From contig OZ316892.1 in the NCBI GenBank assembly GCA_973895155.1, forward strand, positions 23,041,168 through 23,105,167: a DNA stretch of 64,000 bases, read 5' to 3'. This document shows positions 1 to 12,700 of the stretch, in pieces. Position 1 is the first letter of the stretch. Each line of letters begins with the position of its first letter. Both the position numbers and the translations under genes were made by a program. The stretch is from Marsupella aquatica. Taxonomy: Eukaryota; Plantae; Marchantiophyta. The notes under the pieces were generated by a model. That model ran no database searches and was not told where the DNA came from. It was given only the letters and a program-made list of their open reading frames with translations.

Positions 1-167
1 GTCTAGATTCTTAACTTTGGGCTTGAGCAGGTTTTCAATCTTAGTTTAAGGAAACTTACAACATGGTCTTGTTCAGATCCGTTTGATTCCTTACTCTGGG
101 AGGTTTTCTTGTGTGCTTTGGAACCTCCGTACGTATTGATCATCTATTCGTGTATCATGTCATTCAG

Positions 168-301
168 AACTTCCTGCCTTGGGTCCTATTACTGAGGAAG
201 ACGTAAGAGTGGCTCTGAAGGTGACAAGACCGTCAGCACACCTGGTGGCAGCTCGCTATGAAAAATTTGATGCTGATTTTGGAAGTCGTGCAATTTCTTG
301 A
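168..301 (+). CDS. Terminal exon of a katanin p60 subunit A-like 2 (KATNAL2-type) AAA ATPase; gene begins upstream of the window
   Basis: Acceptor 'cattcAG' ends at 167. The phase-1 exon reads xLPALGPITEEDVRVALKVTRPSAHLVAARYEKFDADFGSRAIS* (TGA 299-301), matching from memory the Vps4_C-like tail (GPIT.ED...AL..TRPSAHL...RYEKF...GS) of plant KATNAL2-like proteins. Too short for the ORF track. Confidence 0.85.
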
Positions 302-3300
302 CAGTACTTTAACTGAGCAAAGTATTCATATTTATGGTCCATTTTTGAGTGGGCGAAAGATATTGATCACTTCCTTCCCATTTTTTGGATTGACATCATT
401 CATTCATTCATTCATTTGCGAATACATACCGAGAATTGGTTGATCAGTTATGCCAACTTTTGTAGGCTGTGCATATCGAATAAATTATTGAAGTCCTAAG
501 ATGCGGTAAACGAGTTCATCGGTTTACATTGTACTCGGGTGATAGTCGGTTTCCTGCCTAAGTATTTACTTTTGTGGAGTTCATGAGATTCAGGGAATTA
601 TGTGAGGGTAAGCCCTCTTGGTTTAGACTAGAGATTTTGCTATAAGAAAACAGCTAGCCATAGTGCATTTTTTTCCTTTGTAGTGAGTAATCTTTTACAG
701 CTGGCAGCATGTTCATGAATAGCAGCAGTATGCAAAGCAATACTCTGGGTGAAAAGGATATCCTCTTAACAATCAGCCTACACGGCACTTAGGGTGAGCA
801 ATCAAGCAGTTGATCACTATCACTCCTTTGGTTGGTTCACTCTTGGCTCTCATATGCAAAACACTTTTCGAAGTTTCGTACATATCTACTGTTTTAGAAA
901 CTGAATCTTGGGATGGACAAACAATTTTTAAGGATGCAAGTTTCGAGGCCCAAAGTACCATTTATTCTAAAGAATATAGTACATGAGTTTTAAAATAACA
1001 GCGGAACCTGGTCGGTGGTAGTGGTCCATCTGAGTTGTTTGTCCAACATTGTGATCCCATTTGAGTTTGTTTAAATTTTTTATCTTTATCTATCACATTT
1101 ACTTGTATTTCTAATTGCACCAGAAAAAGGAAAGTAATACTAGGATGGCTTGGCACATTGTCTCCACGGAAACTACTGGAATATGGACACTTATAACCGC
1201 CATGGGCTGTACATGCGCTGAAATTGTGCTTCCAAGGTGTAACCTGCCAAAGTATGGATAGAACACTTTGGACCTTAAGTAAGTTACTAGGAAGACTATA
1301 CAAAAGTTTTGGAAAGGAAAGTCTAAGGACTCTCTGGTGGCTTGATAATGTGACAGCCTTAGGCCTGAACCTTAAGTAAATCATAGTAAGATTACAGAAA
1401 AGATTCCCAATGGAAAGTCTAAGGGTGGCTTGACAACTTGACAGCCTCAGGCTTGAAAGAAGACAAGATGTCATCCAGGTACTTGAGAAATTAAAAAGGA
1501 CATTTCTTCCTAGAGCAATTGACTACTCAATGACCCTATCTAGTATGATATCAAGATGGATTTTGGAAAATGTGTTTAGAGCTTGCAACTAGGTGCAGTC
1601 CATGGGCGCATAGGCCAAAACACTCTCAGGAAAAGATTAAATAACCAAATTCATGTTTGGAGGGATTTACATTAGTGAGATGGTGCTTCATCTTGCTGGC
1701 CTTCCTCTTCCACACCTGAAGTACCAAACATTGTTTTTCTAGTGCCAAATTCGCCTTTTCTACTGTTCATGAAAATTTGCCATGTTTTTTGCCTTCCATT
1801 AAAGGAGGACTGTTATTTTAGCCCCTTCTCCAATGTGACAATTGCCACCCTGGCAAAAAACCAAAACATAATAATTACCTTCATCCCAAACCTTCCCAAA
1901 CAAAATTCAGCACAAGCGACAAAATAGCATGAATACACTATGATTACCTCCATATCTCACTCAATAACACCCTATCTACAAAAACTTTGAATCCTTGTCT
2001 CGTCTAAAATTGCACCTGTCACAGGTGATAAAGCGAGAATGGACAACTGTACTCAGTGCCCTTAATTATCTACCAACTTATAATCTAGTGATCAAGTGGT
2101 GACAGGGAGCATCAGTACAGGACAAGAGGATTACCGATTACCGTTGTTCTTCTCTCATTATTGAAGTTTTTCCAGTGTTCCAAAGCCAGAATTCTCACTT
2201 GTTCAGCTTCCCTTGGTCCCACTTTTGTGGTACCTTCAGACTTCAAAAGTAGGCAAAATGGAATGTAAGGGTGGGAGGAGGGAAATTGGAAGATGTTTGC
2301 AATCAAGTGTTGCTTATCATGTGCAATCCCAAGTAGGTCTACAGCCTTTGCGTAATAGGGTGTGTCAAAGTCTCTCCATTCACCTGACTACAGATGCCCC
2401 TCGGTAGGCTCTGACCGGTTGTGGCGGAAACCTTATGGGTCACCTAGCCGTGCCCTACAAGAGTTTTTCATCTGGAGAGTACTTTGCTTCAATGCAAGCA
2501 CTCTACTGCAAACCAGGGCCCCACCCAGCCTCCATTGATGGGCCAAAAATGTTTGACCCTTTTGATCTGTTTCCCAACAAATAGCTCATGGGATTGCTTT
2601 ATGACAAACAAGACTCAGGCTTTACATTGTCACCCCTCGAGTCTCTTCATTTTGGTTGTTTTGTGGGGGCATGATTATCCAGCTTTCACCTGGTGTCTCA
2701 AAACAGCGCCATAATTGAGATACGGCCAGGGCAATAAAACTGTTTTATGGCCAGGACGTAAAGAGTTATGGGCTACCTAAATACAAGGCCCATGAAATTT
2801 TGTCTGAAAAGTTTCAGCCAGTAAGACTTTGCTTATGGCAATAGTTCGACACTCCCTACTAGTTGGCACCACGCAGATAGAAACCCAGACAGATAGATCT
2901 TTTCTGGTCATGGACCCAGATGCGGGCAAGCAAGATTGATTTTTTGGTTTAGAATGATAAAGTTTTGCTGCAAGAAAAAAAGAGACCAGGGGTATAGTTA
3001 AGGAAAAAAATTCAAACCCAAATGGAAATGACTAAGGGCAGAGGCAAGCAGAGGCAAGCAAATAGAGACAGACTCATCTGTTGAAACCAGTCAGCATAAC
3101 AAAACATCAAATAAAGGAGCCTCAAAAACTAAATCTTGAAGGTATAGAGACTCATTAGGACTACAAGTTTCCATCAACAACCAAAGAAAGATCCCATGAT
3201 ACACAAGGGTTGAGAAACCATTTAGGGGACGTGTATCTGACAGGAATGGATTGAATGGAGAGGAATGTAGGAACCAGTGCAGGTGACATCAAGGGAAGAA

Positions 3301-3479
3301 AAGATAAAAATAGTCTTTAACTCTTGAACTGTTTTAACAGAAACTCATTTGTAGATTTCAATGAGCCTCTTTCATTTGAGCCGTAGATCACGCTCTAAGA
3401 TGGACTGATAATATTGGTAAGTCCAAAAGACAAATGTGCACTGATTTTGACACAATGTAGCCAATCAGATCGCCAAGGA

Positions 3480-3900
3480 TGCATCTTTGCAGTTTTCAGA
3501 AAGAAAAAAATCAATTGGCTTTTTTAACAAAAAATTGCTGGAAGTACGTCTTGGAGAGCCAGTTCATTGCATTACACTGATGTTCAAGAGCCACTTCAAG
3601 AGGAAAACAATTGTCAAAAATACTCTTTTGATGCCAAAGGGACTCGGCCACCACTTTTAAATTAGAACAAAAACACTGCCAATGGGCATATTCTAGGAGC
3701 ATCTCAAAAGGTTATTGGGCTGGTTGCTATCTTAGGGGTTTCATTTCCACAAAAATGGCACATCACGTGCGATGAAGAATAAGATCATTTTATTGGTTCG
3801 AATGGAAGACTTAAGAATTTTCTCAGAAGAACAATAGGGTCTCTTAAATCCAATTTTGATACTTATAAGAACATTAGGCTCTTTCGAACCAAATAGCTTT
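3480..3900 (-). mobile_element. Highly degenerate LINE 3' (zf-RVT-like) remnant
   Basis: Minus-strand translation fragments 'VMCHFCGNE' and 'HWQCFCSNLKVVAESLW' resemble the CxxC..E...H...C......W zf-RVT pattern; frames are broken and boundaries approximate. Confidence 0.35.
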
Positions 3901-5657
3901 ATAGGGGTTGAAAAATCATACTGTTTTCTTACATTTTAGGGGGTCCAAGGCCTACAAATGTCACAGGTGATAGGGGAGGCATCCATATAGTGAGACCCCA
4001 AGGTTGTTGTAAACACTAAATACCCAATTTGACAATCCCCTTAAAATTTTAGCTTGTTGTAGTCATATATGGTCCAATCAAATTCAACTTTAATTCTGGT
4101 CAAGCATCCGTGAGAAACTCATTTATTGCTTGCTATTGGGTCACAGCATTGGATGCTACCCGTTATTGCATGCTGTCAATCACCCTTGAAAGGTGAAGAC
4201 AGGAGGACATATATAGTGTAGATTTGCCAGAATGAGTAACCCAGCGGTAGCAGTCTTAATAACAACAAGCAAGGCTCAAAATTCAACCTTAATACGCCGA
4301 TCAGTTTTTGTGCAACCCCTATCCCATAGTGGAGTTCAGCAAAGCCCTTTGCACTCAAAAAACTTGACACTTATAAACATTGGAGGTCACTCTCTTACAA
4401 CCTAAATGGAAACAAGTAGACTGGTCGGAATCATCTAAGGGTGAGACCAGAGGGCTCGTAATAATTTATGAGTTTTCCAAAAATCATGCATCTCAATCAG
4501 CCGCACCCCTTACTGGATGATTTTGTCCCTCACTTCCTCCACACTATAAATCAGCTTCACACCAATGAAGATTTTAATGTTGAAACTGAGCAATGAACCC
4601 AATAGGAAGTCAAAACTATATTTTGAAAACCTAGCAATGAACCTAATGGCAATAGGGACCTCCCTTCTCTTTGATTGTCTCACACTGCCTTTGCTAGAGT
4701 TGCCATAGCGGATGTTGTAGCTGATTTCCCCTTTGAGACCTTGAGCTTGCCACCCGCTTCCCCTTCCAGATGAAACCTTCTTGCTCTGTCATGACATTAA
4801 CAGAAGGCCCATGGTATTGAAGATGGGGAGAGACGGATCTAATTAGCCCGTCTAATTCCAAAACTCCAAAATTTAAAAGTAGGCTAATTTTGACTTCTTC
4901 CAGAAATATCTTTATCTTGCATCTTTTTTTGGAGTGGTTGGTTTGGTTTTACATTTCAACTCGTATCGTACAAGAATTTTGTCCACATCATGCTGAGTTT
5001 GAGCAACAACAGTTGGCAAACTCTTGGTACATGTTAGCTCCAACTTCACCAATTTCCTCCAAGATTAGTAGTCCTTTACACTCAATTTGTAAGTACGTTT
5101 TATGAAACAATCATTTCAGTTTAACTTAGTTGTTGATTTCTCAATGCCTACTGCTGAATTTGTTTGAATAGAAGGTGTGCAATTGTCAATGGAGTCTGAC
5201 CACAAACATGAAAAACAAAGTAAAGTTTTAATAGCCCTCCTGTTTCTCATTGCTCCAACTCAAGAAAAAGTTTATGGAATATGAACACCTGACAAAGCGA
5301 GTATGTGAGAGTGCAAGAGTTAAGAGTGTTGTCTAAAATTCTTGTGCATATGCTGAACATAGATACTTATCTAGATTGCCACTCAAAAAATCTAACTAAT
5401 CTTGGACTTTTGTGTGGTTTTCACGTTGTTGAATTGCATGTTCTATGAATAGTCTTCCATATGCTTTGACCCAACTTTGACCCCATGCTTGACCATGGTC
5501 ACAATCTCAGCCTTCAATGAATAAGGATGACTTGCTTTTTCACTGGTAGCCTCTTTTAGTTCAGATAACTTCCCTCATACTCAATCTCGGGTGAGTTTCC
5601 TTTCGCTGAAGTGACACATCGCAGGTGACAAAGTATAGCGTTTTCTAAACCCGCCTT

Positions 5658-6331
5658 TAAATCTACACCGCGTTCATGCTCCCCCATATTCCTGGGGCCT
5701 ATACACTACCTTCCCAGGCCCCAATGTTGCTGCCTACTCTGGCCCAAGTTTGCCAAAACATAAACCAAGACTCTACCATTTTGTCACCCGCTTTGGCGTG
5801 ATCAACTTTCTGCAAGTTACTTTGGGTTCATGTTTTGGCATTCTTCAATTTTTGTTGCCTACTCTGGCCCGATGGACTTTGTGCCATCAACTTCTTCCTT
5901 GTGGAGTTGTGGTTTATGTTTTGGCGACACATTTTTCCAACGTGGTCATGCTTGCTTCATAAGAGTCTCACATTACTGTTGAGAGCAAGCCTAGTACTTC
6001 AGTTAAGAGTCTTGATTGATAGTCTTGATTGATGTTCTACCAAATGCTTCTTCTCTATGAAGTACTGGTTTATGTATTTGGCAACACTTCTTTCCAGTAA
6101 AGTCATCATGCTTGGTTTGTAACAAAGTCTAAGTGTTCAGGCAGACCTTAGTACTTTGGTTGTATAAGAATCATGATTGATAGAGTCTTGGTTGATGTTG
6201 TGCCAAATGCTTCTTCTCTATTGAGTTGTGGTTTATGTTTATGGGAACACTTCTTTCCAGTGGAGTCATATCTGTTTTGTAATAGAGTCCAGGGCCCAGG
6301 AATATGGGGGAGCATTAAAGCGGTGTAGATT
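5658..6331. repeat. Inverted-repeat pair (~42 bp) enclosing a ~160-bp x ~2.5 tandem repeat; probable non-autonomous DNA transposon
   Basis: 5658-5700 'aaatctacaccgcgttcatgctcccccatattcctggggcct' is the near reverse complement of 6291-6331 'agggcccaggaatatgggggagcattaaagcggtgtagattt'. The internal unit 'aatgcttcttctctat..gtggtttatgt..aacacttctttccag' recurs at ~5885, ~6040 and ~6205. Confidence 0.6.
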
Positions 6332-6541
6332 TTACGTGCAATTTTTCTAGAAAAATCAGAGAAAGGCTTTGAAAGATGTGGAATTAAAGTGGAAATAAAG
6401 GGTTTCTTTATTGAAAATGCCACATGTCATCATATGATGGGTGTGGTACAGTTCTATTTAAATTGATTAAGGAGGGTCATAATAAACCCAACCCGTTGGT
6501 GATTTAGGGTCCTCCATGTAGGATCAAAACGGACAACGTGA

Positions 6542-7022
6542 TGTCTGTAAAACGTCTAGCAGATAGCACATAGCACACAAGTACACCGACACCAAGATAT
6601 GTATGTGGTTCACCCGTTTAAGCTACGGCCATGGCCGTAACAAGTGGCACCTTCACTATGAACACAAAGTGTACATATCACCACAGCTCCAGGGTCCAAG
6701 CTCTCTCTCACACAAAGATCAAAACACTAAGTGTACTCTCTCCATGAGCTACATTGAGAGCTATGATCCCTTCATGAAGAGTCTAGTAAATGAATGTAAA
6801 CTCCAATTGACTTTCTCTAATTAACTTGACCAAGGATGAGTCAAAATCCTAACTCCATATATAGTGAACCCCCAAGTACTCAATAGTGCAAATGAAAGGT
6901 ATGGCCAAAACTTGACAGTTACAAACTAACTACAACTACCCATGCTGTACCTTTACAATAAAAGCACCATTGGCAGATTAGTACTATTGTAACTGGCTAC
7001 CTATTGCCATATACCTATGTCA
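6542..7022 (-). mobile_element. Probable Copia-type solo LTR (divergent)
   Basis: TG...CA ends; contains 'acaccaagatatgtatgtggttcacc..gctacggcca', shared with the LTR-like copies at 7617 and 41375. No clear TSD. Confidence 0.45.
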
Positions 7023-7616
7023 GGCAATTTATAAATCAATCATAACAAAGCAGAAGGGAAAATCACTAAAATCACATTTGTCACAAACTTTATTCTATGT
7101 CTCTTGAATGAGAGACTTGTTTTGTGCTAAGGTAGCCACAAATTAAGAGATGGGGTGGTTTTCCCAATAATTGGAGTCAATGATTTGGGGCCTGTAGTTT
7201 CCTAAATTATTGTCCCCTTAGCAATAATGCCACTTAGAAACCGGCTTAGCAATTAGGGGGGAATTAATATATAAACTACCAATGCCATATGTAAGGGTGA
7301 AATGTCCAACATGTCTCCATTGCTCAATTTCTACCTTTGTGTTCTCCTCTACCTGAGCCTCTATGATGCTCCTTTTGCTCCATCCTTTTAGGAGAATTAA
7401 GTAATCTTGCAACTAATGATAGAGACTCATGAACAGTCAACAATGGGCGTGTGTTGAACACTGGTGATGTATTACTGATTTCATGTGTCAATCATTAGGG
7501 AGCCTGGGTTCCAACCCTGTGGCATCACATATGATAGTGGTGAAATTTGGGTTCACAAAACTTATTTTAACTTGCTTCAAGACTGTATTCAACACAAGTG
7601 ATATATTATTGTATTT

Positions 7617-7960
7617 TGTTGAGCATAGACGACATTCACAACGGTAAGCCATGACACATGCAATGCACAAGTAATCGACACAAGATATATCTGATTCACC
7701 TCCTTGAGGCTACATTCACAGGAACACACAAGAGAGCTTTATTGAACTCTAAGTCCGTAGGCCATTAGTCTTCACATTATAAGCTCTCTTTATCTCTCAA
7801 GTGGCTCCGTAACAATATATGAGCCTTAGTTCCACTTATCCAAGCAAGCACGGCTTAGGATACAGTGTGCTACTTAGTTAAGCTAACCACATCTCCTGCT
7901 ACGGTTAGCCTAACTACGGTTACATGTCATAACTCTAGACCTAATAGTAAATACCTAACA
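7617..7960 (-). mobile_element. Solo LTR (~345 bp, Copia-like family)
   Basis: Starts TGTTG and ends 'actctagacctaatagtaaatacctAACA'; 'attt' lies on both sides (possible TSD). Homologous to 41375-41744 (same strand) and 37445-37793 (opposite strand). Confidence 0.7.
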
Positions 7961-10900
7961 ATTTCATCTGTCAATCATTTGGGAGCCTCGGTTCCAACCC
8001 TTTGGCTTCACATACGATAGTGGTTAAATTTGGGTTCACAAACACTTATATTAACTTGCTTCAAGACTTTCAAAGGTGGCCATTTTAATTGTATTCACAT
8101 CAATATAGTGTTAACTATTCCAACATTCAACTCTTTGTCCCTTCACAATGTTGAATGAAATCAAACTTGTTTTAGCTTCATTATACCCATTTAAGCATAC
8201 CTAAGGACTGGCCCACAAACTAATTTCTGGGATTTCCTTTTTCACAAGAGTGGCAGATTGTGTGAAGTTCACTGGAAATATTCTTACATAACATTGGATT
8301 TGAATAAAGTTCTTATGGAATTTTCCTGGATTAATTTCTGACCGTCAAATCCCCACTGTAGGGGTCTGTGGCTAGCTGCAAAACTGGCTAATAGAAGACA
8401 AAAAAAAGCTGGCAAATTTTGCAAAAGCAGAGAAGACTTTTGGCAGTTTGGCAAATGTTTGCCACAAAAACAGCTGGTCAACACCATCCAATTACAGTAA
8501 GGCTGCCCAACAAGGGTTGGAAAAGCTCTAAAGCACCCACCCATTTTGGACATTTTGCCCCTAGAGAAAAAGCTGGTCAACACCCAATTACAATAAGGCC
8601 GTCCAAATGGAGATGGACATGCTCCAAAGCACACATTATGGGGATACAGTAACGGTTTCAATTTTCAGGTGTATTACTGTTGCTTGAATCTGCCTGCCCT
8701 TTGTTTACACCGGTCCATAAATTCTCCAATAGTGAAAGGGCACTGAACAGGGTGACTTATTGGCGTGGCCGTCCACATGTCGACGGTACCGTGCATCGTA
8801 TCGTGTCAGACGTAACGGTGCCCACAATCCGATCGATACGCATGTACTCATGGACAAGATACGGAAGTACGTACGATCATCATGTTGTGTACCGGTATCT
8901 CAAAAGCACAATTAATTCTACGATACCGGTATTTTGGTATCCTATTTCCTGCTACAGTCCATAACGGACAGGACTGTCCTCACTTTTTCTTTTTCCTCTT
9001 TTTCCTCGTTTTGTCCTTTTTTTGGTTTCTCGACTGTCTTCACTTTGCACTGGTACCTTTTCGCGTCCAGATGGAATGTACCATACGGCCATTTGCCCAT
9101 TTCAGTGGCTAGTGGCTGTATATGGCCGAGCCGCCAAACAAGAGGGCCAGTGCAAATTGGTGATTAGGGTCACTTTACACGAAGGGTGCTGTAATTTGAG
9201 TGCTTTCTACCAGGGCTGTAACAGAGCCCGACTTTTCTTGTATGGTAGTACTCTACACCAATTCAAGGTAGAAATAGTAGGAGAAAGTGGCCTGCCCATT
9301 TTTGCACCTCCGGAGGTCCAATAGTCTAGCGCCCGGATGAGAGTCCCGAGCCGGCTGGCCCGAGCTGATCCATACCAGAATACAGGTTCGGTTGTTCCCA
9401 CAGCTCCACTTGCCGCGCCAGTCTTCTAAAGCAAGGAGCGCCCAGGCAGGCTAAAACAACGGTCATGATTGGTTCGATCCTGAAAAAAGAGGGATTAAAT
9501 TGTCGCGCCCGTCTTGTAAAGTGACCCTTAGCCTCATGTGCTAGGGAGGGTGTCTGAAACCTCCTGTTCTCGTGCTATCAAAATAACGTGGGCCAGGGCA
9601 TGGGATGAAAGTGGGGTTTCTGGAAAGGGCTACCATCACTAACTCGGGGGTCAGTGCAGTGGCATCCACGCTGAGAATCAACCTGGATGGCGGTGAGAAG
9701 TTGTGGGCTGAAAGAAGAAGGTGTTGTGACCCATGTTGAACCTGATGCCCCTTGGGATAAGTTTCCCATAAAGTTGGATGTTGGTCAGGGGAGTGGACAA
9801 ATAGTTTACCCAGAACAGCAGATTTGAGGTGCCCTAATGAAGTGCTTTTACCTTTTAGGGCTTGGCTTTATGTTGACTTTCTTTCCCCATTTCCTGGGTC
9901 TCCCGTCTATGGGATCGTGATGCTCTGGGAGTTTGAGATTTTTTAGGTTTTTTAATTAAAAAAATATTGACCTCCGTCCTGCAATGTTGACCTTTTTATA
10001 TTCCAAGTGCAGTGTGCACATGAGTGATCTGCTGGATAGACATCATTTCAACAAACAGATTGGTAAGAAACGGCCCCGGAAAGGTCTAGCATACATTATT
10101 TTGGGAAACATTTCAATAGGTCTTTGATTCCTTTGTTTATGGGAAACCACGATTGAATTTTTTATGTAGTTTCCACCAACCACAAAGCCTTTGTGATGCA
10201 TACAACATGGCTTCAAGTGGAGACCTGTAGCAACAGAATTTAAAGCAATCATTGATCCATTTGATTACTCTTGAATTGAAGGAAATTCTAAAATTATCAG
10301 AGAATGTCAACCTTTTTTATGGCAAAACTCTCCACGAATAAAAACCTAAGTGAGAGGAAATGCATGAAAAGGCAGCTTTATTTTTGGAGGTTGTCGGTTT
10401 CCTTTCAAACAAAACACGAGGCAAGAATTGGAATTTCGAAGATTGGGAAATTGTATGTCAAAGTACAAGATTGCAAGTAAACCCTAAACAAACCTTCCCC
10501 CAACAGTTCACTGATTAGTGGGGTCTTGGAGGTATGCATCCCTTCCATTTGAGACCCCTAACCATTGGTCTGGCTGTTCACTATTGATAGAGAAGTTGGC
10601 GACTGACCCAGCTCATGAGACGGGCTCCACCACTTCACAGCTTAACAAGCGCAAATCATAAGGCAAAGTCCACAAAACTTCCAGCCCTTGACATTCTTCT
10701 CACAAATGGATCCAGAAAAACTGTGCCCTTGCAAAGTCACTCTGCAAACTGTGTACAACCAAACCACAAAGCACGGTGACACTGCAAACATATGGCTTTT
10801 CCCTGCACCGATGCAAATTTAAAGGGTTAAAATTATAGGGCCTTGTACATGCAAGACAGTCTTAGAAAACATATATAGCAAAATGTAAAAGGACAAGTGG

Positions 10901-11729
10901 AGCCCAAACAGAAGACATGTACTCACAGAGCAAAACACCCAATCAATGGAATGATATGTATAAAACTATGAAATTAAGACTACTTTTCCAGTAAAGATGT
11001 TTGGATTGATAATACTGTTATGGTTTTTTTTTTGTATTTATAAACATGCCACAGATTTATATAAAGACGACAAGTTCAACAAAATAACTAAGGTAGGAAA
11101 ATATAGAAAATGCAACATATTTTTAAATATCATAAAAATAATGGAATTATTTTAAATTAAAATATATCCTTCGTGACAATATAATTAAAAGCTTATCAAA
11201 CTATATTGGACACTAGTTTTCACTAGAACTTGTCTCTACATAATTTGATGAATTAACATTTGACCCATGGTACTCTTTTTGAAAGCTATTGACAACTCTG
11301 TGATTCTGCAAACATTCTTGCGAGAATTCCTTTACCGACCAATGAAATTGCAAAATTGTCACAATTACCGTCACCCTCCGGAGGGAATCCAATTGAACTC
11401 CTATATCGAGCAATAGTACGGCATCGAGCAAGAGTCTCTAACGGCCGAGATGGTGCTTCCAGGTTGGAGGGGAGCCTGGGCCCGTCGATCTCTGAGGCAT
11501 TAATGGCGCTCCATGTGAATGTTTGGTGCGAAGGGCGTCCATAAATGGAAGTGTAATGTCGATACGAGTGGGGAGGTCATTCTGCACCGCTGCAGACATT
11601 TGACGCCTCTGCTGCTCTGCATGCCATGCGATATCATGCGATGGAGCATGGGGATAAAGTGTTTGTACTTTGTAGTGCTCCTATGTGTGCCCTCAGAGTG
11701 CCTCGCAGGGGATAGGACTGTGCAGTACC

Positions 11730-12700
11730 CGTACGCCTGGGTAGCACGCCTGGGTTTGGCCACTAACTCTCTGGAAGAGGTATTTGTGGCCTGGATAGCA
11801 CGTCTGGGTTAACCACGGAAATTCAAAAAGGAGGCAGTAGTAGGGAAGAGGTTTTTGTAGCCTGGATAGCATGTCTGGTTTGGACGCTAACTCAAACTAA
11901 GAAGCAGGTACTCTGGAAGAGGTATTTGTAGCCTGGATAGCACGTCTGGGTTGGCCACTGAAACTAGAAGGAAGCGGTCCCAAAGAGGTTTTTGTAGCCT
12001 GGATAGCATGTCTGTGTTGGCCACTAAGACTCAAAGAAGGGGTGACTCAGGAAGAGGTTTTTGTAAACTAGATATCAAGCACGTCTGGGTTGGCCACAGA
12101 AACTCAAAGAAGGGGGCAGTCCAGAAGTGGTTATTGTAGCCTGGATGGCACGTCTGGGTTAGTCAACAAAAACTCAATGGAGGCACTGCGGAAGAGATTT
12201 TTGGAGCCAATAGCACATCTGGGTTGGCCACGGAAAATTGAAGAAGGAGGAACTCCAACGAGGTTTTTGGATAGAGCAAAGTCTTGTTCAGAGGGCACTA
12301 TGGGATATTATGCCCTGAACAACTAGAGATTCAGTTTGAGTTTTGAGGGGTATTGATCCCTATAATGCTACAGAAACAGGACCTTGAGAATTTTTGTTTT
12401 TCCTAACTTTAGTGAAGGTAAAGGATAACCTTCCTAAAGAGGTGATCCAGATATTGACCAGCATATCATGCTCCCCAAACGCCCTGAAAATATACACAGG
12501 GAAAAATCATTAAGACGTTAAGTAGCCTGAATATCAGGTCTGGGTTGGCCACAAAAACTCAAATGAGGAGGCACTGCAGAAGAGGTTTTTGTAGCCTGGA
12601 TAGCACGTCTGGGTTGGCTGACAAAAGCTCAAAGAAGCAGGCACTCGGGAAGAGGATTCTGTAGCTTGAATAGCACACTTGGGTTGCCAACAAAAGCTTG
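11730..12700. repeat. ~70-bp tandem satellite, ~11 copies, interrupted at ~12280-12520
   Basis: Core 'gaggtttttgtagcctggatagcacgtctgggttggccac' recurs at ~11735, 11789, 11860, 11931, 11997, 12067, 12139, 12206, 12525, 12594 and 12664. Confidence 0.9.

Noticed and set aside
9465-9490. B-box-like GGTTCGATCC suggesting a tRNA gene
   Set aside because: No cloverleaf, acceptor stem or properly placed A box could be built.
11730-12700. CRISPR-like appearance (conserved ~36-40-bp repeat with ~30-bp variable spacers)
   Set aside because: The spacers are homologous to each other, the repeats are degenerate, there are no cas genes and the context is eukaryotic; this is a satellite.
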